DNA of 64,000 bases from Gemmatales bacterium (lineage in GTDB: Bacteria > Planctomycetota > Planctomycetia > Gemmatales > HRBIN36), in contig JBEPZY010000001.1 in assembly GCA_041640595.1 (NCBI GenBank), positions 800,001 through 864,000 on the forward strand, in the 5' to 3' direction. A program made the translations under genes and the position numbers. The notes under the pieces were generated by a model. It ran no database searches, was not told where the DNA came from, and saw only the letters and a program-made list of their open reading frames with translations. Shown here piece by piece: positions 1-8,821 of the stretch. Numbering within the stretch: position 1 is the stretch's first letter; each line of letters starts with the position of its first letter.

Positions 1-978
1 GAGGACGACACCCACCACGACCATGATGCCGCCCGATCCCAGTGCCAGACGCACCTGGCCGATCTCCAGCACCAGAGTGTAGCTGAGCCAGGTTCCGCCC
101 GGCCCGGCCAGGAGAGCTACCCCAATCGCAATCCAGAAATACTGCCGAAGGTTCCTGGCCAGGTTGAGGGACGTGGCTGCGGGAAATATCAGCATGGCGT
201 TGATCAGTAATGCCCCCACGACTTTCACGCAATAGTTCACGACAAACGCCAGCAGGACGATGAACAAATACTGTGCCAGCCGCACCGATATACCACGGGC
301 ATGCGCCAGGCTGGGATTAAAGCTGATGAACACCAGCGGATTGTAAAGCCACCACAAAAACAATCCCAGCCCAACCAGAAGCAAACAGAAATGCACCAGG
401 TCGAGACCGGAAACGGCCAGGGGCTCGCCGAAAAGAAAATTCTCCGGACTGAAGCCGCGAACACGAGCAGCACTGATGCCTTTGATGAGCACCGCCCCCA
501 GGCCCATGGCTCCAGCAAAAAAGACGCCGATCACGGTATCGTTAGCCAGTGCGGTTTTTTCCCGCACCGCGGCAATGCCTAGCCCAACCGCCGCTCCTAA
601 CAGTGTCATGACCGTCAAAATCCCTTCCTCGCCGCTGATCCAGCCGAGCAGGTTCATAATCAAGCCCAGCGACACGCCGGCAATAGCGCAGTGGGCCAGG
701 GCATCGCTGAAAAACGCCATGCGATTGCTGATCACCAGCGCACTGGCGGCCCCACAAGTCAGACTCACCAGCGTCACCCCGAGCAAACCCTTCACCTGAG
801 CCGGATGACTGGCCAGGGCTTCCAGACCGTAGCGGGCCTGTGACCAGTCGCGCAGCGCCAGCACCAGATCGTCCACGGTCTGCCCCAGCGCTGACATCCA
901 GCCCAGATGGGCGCCGAAGCATGTGGCTCCAATAATCAAAAGCAGCGCGATTAGACTGAGCCAGGCGCGAATTCGCAT
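1..978 (-). CDS. Metal (Zn/Mn) ABC transporter permease, ZnuB/MntB (ABC-3) family; 3' end lies outside the window
   Basis: Not in the ORF track because it runs off the edge. Minus-strand translation from ATG 978 gives MRIRAWLSLIALLLIIG...ALVISNRMAFFSDALAHCAIAGVSLGL...; the 'DALAH..G' motif and continuous hydrophobic helices fit the family. Confidence 0.85.
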   Translation of the reverse strand, partial: MRIRAWLSLIALLLIIGATCFGAHLGWMSALGQTVDDLVLALRDWSQARYGLEALASHPAQVKGLLGVTLVSLTCGAASALVISNRMAFFSDALAHCAIAGVSLGLIMNLLGWISGEEGILTVMTLLGAAVGLGIAAVREKTALANDTVIGVFFAGAMGLGAVLIKGISAARVRGFSPENFLFGEPLAVSGLDLVHFCLLLVGLGLFLWWLYNPLVFISFNPSLAHARGISVRLAQYLFIVLLAFVVNYCVKVVGALLINAMLIFPAATSLNLARNLRQYFWIAIGVALLAGPGGTWLSYTLVLEIGQVRLALGSGGIMVVVGVVL

Positions 979-1182
979 GTGTGTCAGGAGGCTTGCCAGT
1001 TTCTCTTTGTTCGTCTCGTACCCTTGTTGCAGCAGAGGGGCTCTAGTTGCTGGTTCGCAGGCTGTGGATTGCTTTTCAGGGGAAAAGCTGCCAACCGACA
1101 CTGGCTTTGTTATGATACGTACTGCGAGCGAGAAATGCTCATTGCCCGCCTGAGCAATTTTCCAACCACAGGAGGTCCCACC

Positions 1183-1884
1183 ATGCAGCAATGCCCGCGG
1201 AACTGGTTCGTTGTTTTCGTACTTGCTCTGCCACTGCTGCTCCAGTCGAATTCGTACCTGGCAAAGCAGGCCGATGCCGATCAACCTGGCAAAAGTGCTC
1301 TCGAAACCGATCCGCAAGGCTGGAAAGATATCCTTCCTGGGAAGAACCTGGAAGGCTGGCATCGTGTACCGGTTCCGGCAGGAGGCAAACTCAGCACGAA
1401 AAATCCCTGGCACGTGGATGAAACCCGCAAGGTACTGATTTGCGACGGCGTGGGGGTACATGAGAATCTGCAATACCAGCGGGAACTGACTAACTTCATT
1501 TTTCACGTCGAATGGCGGTTTGTCCCAGTCGAAGGGAAGAAGGGTTATAACAGCGGCGTTTATGTGCGAAACTCGCCGGATGGTAGCATCTGGCATCAGG
1601 CTCAGGTCGGCGACCGAAATGTTGGTTTCCTTTTCGGCGATACCCTGGCCGGCGGCAAGAAAGTTCGTTTTCGTGTCGGCGATACAAAGCCGCAACGTGG
1701 CAAACCGGCCGGCGAATGGAACGTTTACGAAATCACCTGCCGCGGTCCGGAGATCATTCTCTGGATCAACGGTTACGTTACCGCTCACTGGAAAGAGTGT
1801 CAGGTAGCCCGCGGCGAAATCGGACTGGAAGCCGAAGGCTGGCTCATCGAGTTTCGCAATTTACAGCTGAAAGAGCTTCCCTGA
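1183..1884 (+). CDS. DUF1080 (3-keto-disaccharide hydrolase-like) secreted protein
   Basis: GGAGG upstream of ATG 1183; signal-like N-terminus; motifs 'NLEGW', 'FHVEWR', 'NSGVYVR', 'GEWNVYEI', 'IGLEAEG..IEFRNL'. Confidence 0.85.
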   Translation: MQQCPRNWFVVFVLALPLLLQSNSYLAKQADADQPGKSALETDPQGWKDILPGKNLEGWHRVPVPAGGKLSTKNPWHVDETRKVLICDGVGVHENLQYQRELTNFIFHVEWRFVPVEGKKGYNSGVYVRNSPDGSIWHQAQVGDRNVGFLFGDTLAGGKKVRFRVGDTKPQRGKPAGEWNVYEITCRGPEIILWINGYVTAHWKECQVARGEIGLEAEGWLIEFRNLQLKELP

Positions 1885-1889
1885 AAACC

Positions 1890-3392
1890 TCAGGAGCACA
1901 ACACACAGCTGTTCACCAGTCGTGATGCGCTGACGTACATCAGTTCCAGCGCGTCCTCGGCTTCCTGCGGCGTAATGACCAGCGGCGGGGCAATGCGTAT
2001 CACTTTTTTCGCCAGGGGACCGAGCAGGTGGATGCCGGTCTCACCGTTGCCGCGATAGCACTCCAGAACAAAGTCGCTCGCCCAATCGGCAGCGCTGCGA
2101 CCGCCCCAGTCCCACATTTCTATCCCCCAGACCATGCCGCCAGCCTCCCCGCGGACGTAACCAACGAATGGCAGGTCTTTCAATCGGACAAGCCCCGCCT
2201 CGATGATCGGCGAAACCTCCCGCACGTTGTCCAGCACTGGCTGACAGGCATAACAATCCAGCGTGGCCAGAACCCCGGCGCAGGTGAGTGGGTTGCCGCT
2301 ATATGTATCCGAACCCTCGCCGTAATCGAGTGCAGCAAACAGGTCGGCTCGCCCAACTACCGCCGCGCCAGGCACACCGTTCGCCAGACCCTTGCCCAGC
2401 ACCACCATGTCCGGCTCGATTCCGTAGTGCTCGAAAGCAAACCATTTCCCCGTCCGGCCAAAAGCCGACTGCACTTCATCCAGGATCAGCACCCAATCAT
2501 GCTCGCGGCAATAACGCTGCAACAATTGCAAATAGGCTTTCGGGGGATGGTAAGAGCCACCGCCACCAAGATACGGTTCCGTAATCACCGCGGTGATCCG
2601 CCGACCATACTGCGCCAGTAAACTGTCCAGCTCGCGTTGGTAAGGAGTCGCGTCAAACGGATGATCCCGCATGGTCACATCGCGGCACTCTTCCATAGGG
2701 AAGCTGATAAAGCGAACACGTGGATCGCGCTCACGGTCGGTTTCGCAACCGGTGGTAGCGCCGGCCAGACCCTTCTTGCCATGAAAGCCATATCGGGTAG
2801 CCAGGATGATGTCGCGCTGCCGATCGCGAGCTAAAGCAGCCCATAACGCTTTGATAACCGCCTCGGACCCAGAAGCGGCCCACAACACCTGTTCGAGCCG
2901 CTTTCCGCCGGGTCGGCTACGCACCAACTCCACCAGTCGCCGGCTTGCTTCCGCTTCTAATTCGGTCAGGGCGTTGTAACTGGTCAGCGGCACCGCTACG
3001 GCAAATGGTTGATTAGCCTGCTGGGCCCCCGGAAAAGAACTGCCTGGGGCGCTACCGTTCGCAATTTCCCGCCACGCTGAAGACCAGCCCAGGTAATGCC
3101 AGAACCGTTCCAGCCACAACTGCGGATTGTGTCCCAGATTGGCAACCAGCACGCCGGAAGTGAAATCGTAAAGCCGCCGACCGTCCGGCGTCCAGTGAAA
3201 AATGCCGGCACTCCTAGCCAGCACCGCTTGCGTCGGCGTGTAGGTTCGTTGCGTCCGGGGTTCCAACTGCTGCAGGATAGCGCGAACCGCATTGCCCCGG
3301 GGTTCGCCAGAATGCTGGATAGCCGATGCCTGATGCCAATCCACGCGAATGGGCGGTAATCCCACTAATTCGCCGTTACACTCGCGGTTCAT
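1890..3392 (-). CDS. Class-III PLP-dependent aminotransferase
   Basis: Motifs 'SGSEAV', 'GFHG', 'EPYLGGGG', 'LILDEVQSAFGRTG', 'PDMVVLGKGLANG' (PLP lysine), 'TYSGNP'. Start placed at ATG 3392, overlapping the upstream gene's end. Confidence 0.9.
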   Translation of the reverse strand: MNRECNGELVGLPPIRVDWHQASAIQHSGEPRGNAVRAILQQLEPRTQRTYTPTQAVLARSAGIFHWTPDGRRLYDFTSGVLVANLGHNPQLWLERFWHYLGWSSAWREIANGSAPGSSFPGAQQANQPFAVAVPLTSYNALTELEAEASRRLVELVRSRPGGKRLEQVLWAASGSEAVIKALWAALARDRQRDIILATRYGFHGKKGLAGATTGCETDRERDPRVRFISFPMEECRDVTMRDHPFDATPYQRELDSLLAQYGRRITAVITEPYLGGGGSYHPPKAYLQLLQRYCREHDWVLILDEVQSAFGRTGKWFAFEHYGIEPDMVVLGKGLANGVPGAAVVGRADLFAALDYGEGSDTYSGNPLTCAGVLATLDCYACQPVLDNVREVSPIIEAGLVRLKDLPFVGYVRGEAGGMVWGIEMWDWGGRSAADWASDFVLECYRGNGETGIHLLGPLAKKVIRIAPPLVITPQEAEDALELMYVSASRLVNSCVLCS

Positions 3393-4665
3393 AAAGCACC
3401 TCCAGTTCTGACTGACCCGGACTGGCCAGCACCAGGCCACCGCGGGGATGATTCACCCAGACTACCGCATCCGGTTCGCCCTGAACATGTCGCTGCAGGA
3501 TCGCCTCCAGCGCATGTACCACAGCCACGGTATGGCGGTCGGCGGACAGGTCGTTGTAAGCCAGCGCTCGCATCTGTTGCAATCGTTCCGTTCGTTGGCT
3601 CTTAGGTCCGCCAAATTCCACGTAAGCCACTTCCTCAAAGAATCGCTCAATTGCTTCCAGACCATAACCGCGCTGTGTGCGTTCGCCCCACGGTTCGAGA
3701 AAGCATGCGTTGTAATGGTGATTGGGCGTGATTTTGAACTCGTGTGGCGTTCTTCCTTCGATGGTTACTTCCACACCGCGTTTACGCTGATGGGCGTTCC
3801 AAACCGCGTTATCGAAACGAAACTGCACCTCTTGCTCGACATATCCGGGGAAATTATCAGGCGTAACCCAGCTGGTATGGATATCGAATGCTGCCTCTCG
3901 CCCGTCGGGATAAACGTAGATGATTCGCAGTTGCACCGAATCCCAGGTCGGTCCGTTCGGCTCAGCAACGATGCCACGCTGCCCGGTCGCCGTGATCCTC
4001 GCCAATCTCGCTGCTGTCCCATGGAAAAACGTGAAATCAATCAGCTTCACGTAATGCACCGCAACATAGCTTCCCGGATTGCGACCGTGAATCCACTCGG
4101 CGAACTGCGCTGTTCCGATTTGCTTTGGCTCCAACAGGGAACAATAGCCGTGATTGACGTGGCGAAGGACCTTGTCGGCCACAAGCGTTCGCAAACGTTT
4201 ATGGTCGGGATCGAACAACTTGTGATAGACGACTTTGGCCAGGACGCCGTTTTCCTTGGCCAAGTTCAACAGGTCATCGAGTTCCTGCATCCGCAACACG
4301 GAAGGCTTTTCGATGAGCACGTGTTTGCCGGCAGCCAGGGCCAATCGTGCCGCCTGGTAGTGCCGGTCATCGGGAGTAGCGACGCAGACAACATCCACGC
4401 CGACTTCCAAAAGCTTTTTGACCGCGTCCGGTTCGGTCACGCTCACGAACGGGGCAATACGATCGGCAGCCTGTTGACGATACTTTTCTGCCCGCCTGCC
4501 AGTTTTGCTGGCTACCGCGGCCAATTCAACAGCAACTCGCCCTGTTTCGGGTGTCCAGAGTCCACGCCGGTGCAATTTTTCCAGGGTCGGGCGATAGGTT
4601 TCGTCGAAAATCATGCCCATCCCGACCATCCCGACACGCAAGAGCCGTTCGGGCTCCCCAGGCAT
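3376..4665 (-). CDS. Gfo/Idh/MocA family NAD(P)-dependent oxidoreductase
   Basis: Rossmann 'VGMVGMGMI', 'VCVATPDDRH', 'AGKHVLIEKP'. Confidence 0.9.
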   Translation of the reverse strand: MPGEPERLLRVGMVGMGMIFDETYRPTLEKLHRRGLWTPETGRVAVELAAVASKTGRRAEKYRQQAADRIAPFVSVTEPDAVKKLLEVGVDVVCVATPDDRHYQAARLALAAGKHVLIEKPSVLRMQELDDLLNLAKENGVLAKVVYHKLFDPDHKRLRTLVADKVLRHVNHGYCSLLEPKQIGTAQFAEWIHGRNPGSYVAVHYVKLIDFTFFHGTAARLARITATGQRGIVAEPNGPTWDSVQLRIIYVYPDGREAAFDIHTSWVTPDNFPGYVEQEVQFRFDNAVWNAHQRKRGVEVTIEGRTPHEFKITPNHHYNACFLEPWGERTQRGYGLEAIERFFEEVAYVEFGGPKSQRTERLQQMRALAYNDLSADRHTVAVVHALEAILQRHVQGEPDAVVWVNHPRGGLVLASPGQSELEVLYEPRV

Positions 4666-4715
4666 ATTTCATCTCCCGAATCCTCTTCGCCCTCAGCCAG
4701 GCGTGCTCAGGCATA

Positions 4716-5084
4716 TTATGGCAGCCAGTAAATGACGATGGTGAGAAGCAGGGCAGTCAGCAACGATTGTACGACAATCCGTAGGGTCCGCCTGCGGGCA
4801 TCCGCAACCGCCTGGACGTCGGTTTGCACAACTTCGCCATTATCCCAATTGCACGTCCCGCGTGCAGCCATGACGACTCAGGTCGAACCCCGCGCTTCCA
4901 ACCAAGCCAGAAGCCAGAACCAGATCGGCAGAAATAATGCCAGGCGCCAGATTCGCTCGACCTGCAACGCGATCAGCACGACGTAAAGGCCAAGGGCGAC
5001 AACCAGACTCAGCGAGCCAATCACCAGTCGCTTACGCCGTTCGCGCGGCCCAATGTTGCCATCACATACCGGAGCTTCACTCAT
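4716..5084 (-). CDS. Small membrane protein with an in-frame TGA at codon 69; candidate selenoprotein, 122 aa if read through (68 aa otherwise)
   Basis: MSEAPVCDGNIGPRERRKRL...WLEARGST-TGA-VVMAARGTCNWDNGEVVQTDVQAVADARRRTLRIVVQSLLTALLLTIVIYWLP-TAA. The frame stays open 53 codons past the TGA, ends in a hydrophobic helix, and stops 50 nt before the next gene. Confidence 0.7.
4834..4876 (-). promoter_or_regulatory. Candidate bacterial SECIS element
   Basis: mRNA sense: UGA, 11 nt, then UGCACG-CGGGA-CGUGCA (6-bp stem, 5-nt G-rich loop, 17 nt total); lower stem UCGUCAU/AUGGCGA. Confidence 0.65.
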
Positions 5085-5361
5085 GCTTCATCCCGTCCTT
5101 TCCACCCGTTGCCGCTTACGTTGTACGGAATCCAAACCGACTCGACACGCCCAACAGTCGCGCGATCCCTCTCAGCAATGTCCTCGAATCCTCCAAGCGA
5201 TACGTTGACCATCTCGGTCGGACGTGCTGGCAGCCGGAACAGCAACCCTGACTGGAGCCCTTCGCCGATTCGGCTGTCACGTGAGCCTGGAATGCGCTCG
5301 GTTTCACTTCCGGGGTTCGAACAACAAACCACGGATTTTCCTGGGTTTTTACAGTAGCGTA

Positions 5362-5389
5362 ATTGAACATAAGAGCGGTTATCGGAAGT
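5362..5389 (-). other. dif-like XerC/XerD recombination site, copy 1
   Basis: Reverse complement ACTTCCGATAA-CCGCTC-TTATGTTCAAT; 11-6-11 architecture resembling B. subtilis dif (ACTTCCTAGAA-TATATA-TTATGTAAACT) and the E. coli XerD arm TTATGTTAAAT. Confidence 0.65.
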
Positions 5390-5449
5390 TGTGGAAGAAC
5401 ACTGGGAATGGCCGGCGATCGAACGGAATCCGCTGGCCGCCCGAAAACA

Positions 5450-5477
5450 ACTTCCGATAACTGCCGTTATGTTCGAT
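5450..5477 (+). other. dif-like XerC/XerD recombination site, copy 2 (inverted relative to copy 1)
   Basis: ACTTCCGATAA-CTGCCG-TTATGTTCGAT; arms match copy 1 at 21/22 positions while the 6-bp spacer differs. Confidence 0.65.
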
Positions 5478-5552
5478 TAGCACGCGTACCAAAATCTAGC
5501 TGAGCATCGGGCCGAACCATACATCACCGCGACGATTTCGCCAGGACGCGGT

Positions 5553-6662
5553 TCAATGCTGGGAGTCGGAATTGCTGTTTTCGGTCGCCTCAGCAGATTC
5601 GTCCAGGGTCAGGTTGGCGGAAGGAGCGTCTGCCGAATCGTGGGTAGCTGAAGCATTGCTCGACCCGGCCTGACCGGTCTGGTTGCTGGTTGCAGTTACG
5701 CCGCGCAGAAAGACTCCCATGCGACGAAACTTTTCATACCGCCGCTGCAACAGGACATCGGTGGGAACATCCCGCAGCTCTCGCAGGTAACGAAGCAGGT
5801 AAGTCTTCAGTGTGTTAGCCATGCTTCGTGGGTCGCGGTGAGCGCCGCCGAGTGGTTCGGGAATCACATCATCGAGCACGCCCAGGCGTTGCAGGTCGCG
5901 AGCGGTGAGTTTCAATGCGTCGGCAGCACGGGCCTTGGTTTCATCGGTAGCTTCTTTCCACAGAATGCCTGCACAACCTTCGGGGCTGATTACCGAATAA
6001 TAGGCGAACTCGAGCATGGCCAGTTTGTCGCCCACACCGATTCCCAAAGCGCCACCGGAACCGCCTTCGCCTATAACCACGCAAATAATCGGCGTGGGAA
6101 GGCGCGACATCTCGAGCAAATTCTCGGCGATCAGATAAGCCTGGCCCCGCTCCTCTGCTCCGATGCCTGGATAGGCTCCGGGCGTGTCTATCAAAGAAAC
6201 GATGGGGATGCGAAATTTGGCAGCCAGTTTCATTTTCTTAATCGCCTTGCGATATCCTTCGGGATGGGCACAACCATAAAAACACTGCTGCCGTTCCTGC
6301 AACGTTCGCCCCTTTTGATGGCCGATGAGCATGACCTTGTAATCCCCGATACGGGCAAAACCGGTGCGAATAGCGCGGTCATCGCCGAAAGCCCGGTCGC
6401 CATGCAGTTCGACAAAATCTTCCGCAATAGCTTCGACGTAGTCGAGAAACTGAGGCCGTTCCGGATGACGAGCCACCAGCACGGTTTCCCAGGCGGAAAG
6501 ATTGCTATAAATCTTTCGTTTCAGATTGGTGAGTTCCCGACGAACCCGTTGCAACTCTTCGGCACTGGCCAGCTTTTTCTCGACGTCGGCCTCCAGCCGT
6601 GCCAGCACCTCTTCCAGTTCGTAAATTTCCTTTTCGAATGGCAGACGATAGGTCGTGGCCAT
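5553..6662 (-). CDS. accA: Acetyl-CoA carboxylase carboxyltransferase alpha subunit
   Basis: 'ELHGDRAFGDD', 'PEGYRKA', 'IDTPGAYPGIGAEERGQ', 'GEGGSGGAL', 'YSVISPEGCA', 'IPEPLGGAHRD'; low-complexity C-terminal tail. Confidence 0.97.
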   Translation of the reverse strand: MATTYRLPFEKEIYELEEVLARLEADVEKKLASAEELQRVRRELTNLKRKIYSNLSAWETVLVARHPERPQFLDYVEAIAEDFVELHGDRAFGDDRAIRTGFARIGDYKVMLIGHQKGRTLQERQQCFYGCAHPEGYRKAIKKMKLAAKFRIPIVSLIDTPGAYPGIGAEERGQAYLIAENLLEMSRLPTPIICVVIGEGGSGGALGIGVGDKLAMLEFAYYSVISPEGCAGILWKEATDETKARAADALKLTARDLQRLGVLDDVIPEPLGGAHRDPRSMANTLKTYLLRYLRELRDVPTDVLLQRRYEKFRRMGVFLRGVTATSNQTGQAGSSNASATHDSADAPSANLTLDESAEATENSNSDSQH

Positions 6663-6822
6663 GGATTGACTCGCGATTTTGACAAATTGGGACGGCTAGC
6701 AGGTCGGTTTCATGCCAGAAATGGACAGGCCCAAATTTCAATCAGACGCAACAGTGAGTTTAGCAAAAGCGTCAGGCGCTGCCAGTGCCGTTCGGGCGCA
6801 GGCAGGATAGGCCCTGGTCTCT

Positions 6823-7719
6823 CTAACTCTGGGCCAGTTCGAGTTTATCGCCTTTGAAAACGCGAACCGTCCGAAACTCGCTCAGAAACTGCGCCAGGTC
6901 CGGAAAACGTTTCTTCGGGTCTTTTTCCAGCATCCGCATAATCATTTGGGCGAATTCGTCGGTGACTTCAGGATTGACGATTTGCGGCGAGGCGGGCTTA
7001 TCGTACAGATGCTTGCGTAGCAGGTCTGCGGGAGTGGCACCGGCAAACGGCAGCCGTCCGGTTACCAGTTCGTAAAGCGTCACGCCTAAGCTGTAAATGT
7101 CCGAAGCTGGCGTGATGTCGAGATTCTGTATCTGTTCTGGCGACATGTACGACGGTGTACCGGCGGCTGTGGTTTTCTTGCCAAAAATTCGGCTCAGCCA
7201 GCTGGACTTTTGAATTTTCTTCGTCAGCGCGAAGTCAATGATTTTCACCTCGGCACTGCTGTTGACCAGGATGTTGTGCGGTTTCACGTCGCGGTGTACA
7301 TAGCCGCGCTGGTGAACATGAAGCAGTCCCTTGGCAATCTGTTCAATGATGCGGTGAATGTTCTCCCTCACCACCAGGTATTGCTGCAACGGTTCCCCGG
7401 TGCGCGGATCCACTCGGCGGGCCGTGCGCAATTTCAAATTCATGCCCGGGAAAAACTCCATGACGATGTAGGGATTCTTGCGATCCGGCCCGAGTTTGAT
7501 CACGCGGATGACGTTGGGGTGAGAAAACTTCTGTCCCACCTCCCCTTCGTGAATCATCATCTGAATGTGCTGGGGAGAGCGAAGCGATTCTGGCAGCAAC
7601 ACTTTGACAGCATAGTGGCGACCGCTGGTGGGCTCGACTGCCTCCCAGACCTGACTGGTCTGCCCCTGGCTCATCAATTTCAGCAACCGATAGCCGCCAA
7701 CAATATCAACCGCTGACAC
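6823..7719 (-). CDS. Hanks-type Ser/Thr protein kinase (cytoplasmic, kinase domain only)
   Basis: 'YAVK', 'HRDVKPHN', 'DFA', 'GTPSYMSPEQ', 'SDIYSLG'; AGGAGG precedes the GTG start. Confidence 0.92.
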   Translation of the reverse strand: MSAVDIVGGYRLLKLMSQGQTSQVWEAVEPTSGRHYAVKVLLPESLRSPQHIQMMIHEGEVGQKFSHPNVIRVIKLGPDRKNPYIVMEFFPGMNLKLRTARRVDPRTGEPLQQYLVVRENIHRIIEQIAKGLLHVHQRGYVHRDVKPHNILVNSSAEVKIIDFALTKKIQKSSWLSRIFGKKTTAAGTPSYMSPEQIQNLDITPASDIYSLGVTLYELVTGRLPFAGATPADLLRKHLYDKPASPQIVNPEVTDEFAQMIMRMLEKDPKKRFPDLAQFLSEFRTVRVFKGDKLELAQS

Positions 7720-7756
7720 CCGTTTCCTCCTTCTGCTGGATTGCTCCCCGGATATG

Positions 7757-8707
7757 CTACCAGTACTCCTCGAAGTGAATGTTGCCGCGGACTTTGCCTT
7801 CGTCGGGTCGGAAACCGCGTTGCATGAGTAGTTCTACGACTCCCGTCGGTTGCGGGAACTGCCATTGTCCAGTTTGCGGATCGCGTTTGGGCACACCAAT
7901 CATGTTAGGATTGCCACACAGATAGACGTGAGTCGTCGCCGGGTCCAGTGGTTGACCCAGCGCTTTTTCCAGCTCGCCGCTCACAATCAAATCCTGTATG
8001 TACATTTTACGGCCAGCATTTTCCGGCTCGCGAGTGGTCATCGGCAAGTAGCGATAGTTGGGAAACATGGAAACCAGCCGGCGGTGCGTTTCCAGATAAG
8101 CCAGGTCGCGCCAGTAGCGAACGCAACAAGCCGCCAGGATCCGTCCGCGATGACCGTCGCGCAACAGCCGCCAGATCATGTAATTGTGCGGCGCTTCGCC
8201 CGTACCCGTGGAAAGGAAAAGCACTGTATCTTCCGGGCGGACGGGATCGAGCGTGTAATGGCCCGTGATTTTCTCGCCGAGGTAGAGGCGGTCGCCTTCG
8301 CGCAGAGCAAAAAGTCGTGGGGTCAGTGCGGGGGCTTTTTCCGTGCCACTTTGACGTACCAGGACGATGTAAAACTCCAGGAAATCGAGGACGTCGCGTT
8401 CGATCAAGCGCCCCTGTTCATCGAGAATCGGATGGGACAGCGAGTAAGCCCGTCGCACCACTCGCGTCCAGTCGGATGGGCTAAGGTGTTCCTCCTGGCA
8501 GCCGGGAACCCGCGGCTCCCAGTTGCCCAGACCGAGAGTGCTGTACTGTCCAGGCTTGTGAGGCGGTATAGGAAAATCCGGGCGCACCCGCATCACCGCC
8601 AGTTCACTATGGGGCTTGCGCAAGTAAACCAGCGTGGCGTTGTAATGTTTCTTTCGTAACTCCTGAATCTGCGCGGGAGTCAGGTACTCATCCATGCAAG
8701 TTTCCAT
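7757..8707 (-). CDS. Ferredoxin/flavodoxin--NADP+ reductase (bacterial FNR family)
   Basis: 'GQY', 'RRAYSL', 'STGTGEAP', 'YLCGNPNMI', C-terminal 'EEYW'. Start may be 8695. Confidence 0.88.
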   Translation of the reverse strand: METCMDEYLTPAQIQELRKKHYNATLVYLRKPHSELAVMRVRPDFPIPPHKPGQYSTLGLGNWEPRVPGCQEEHLSPSDWTRVVRRAYSLSHPILDEQGRLIERDVLDFLEFYIVLVRQSGTEKAPALTPRLFALREGDRLYLGEKITGHYTLDPVRPEDTVLFLSTGTGEAPHNYMIWRLLRDGHRGRILAACCVRYWRDLAYLETHRRLVSMFPNYRYLPMTTREPENAGRKMYIQDLIVSGELEKALGQPLDPATTHVYLCGNPNMIGVPKRDPQTGQWQFPQPTGVVELLMQRGFRPDEGKVRGNIHFEEYW

Positions 8708-8821
8708 TCAGGGGAGAAGTGAGCACATGGGATTCAGCCAGATGCCTGGCAGCGTTTTCCCCCGCTCTGTCCTAGCCGGAAAACGCTAGACTTGCAATCG
8801 TCAATTAGCCCGAGGAGCGCA

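Noticed and set aside
3448..4731. 427-aa plus-strand ORF, and similar long antisense ORFs (5838-6857, 7850-8659, 8792-9658, 17651-18640, 29020-29733, 57016-57810)
   Set aside because: They lie antisense to well-supported genes and show no motifs; typical shadow ORFs of GC-rich DNA.
5081..5370. Short ORFs (83-84 aa) between the Sec-candidate gene and the dif-like sites
   Set aside because: No recognisable motifs or clear RBS; they cannot be supported as genes, although 5081-5332 overlaps the downstream start and is not fully excluded.
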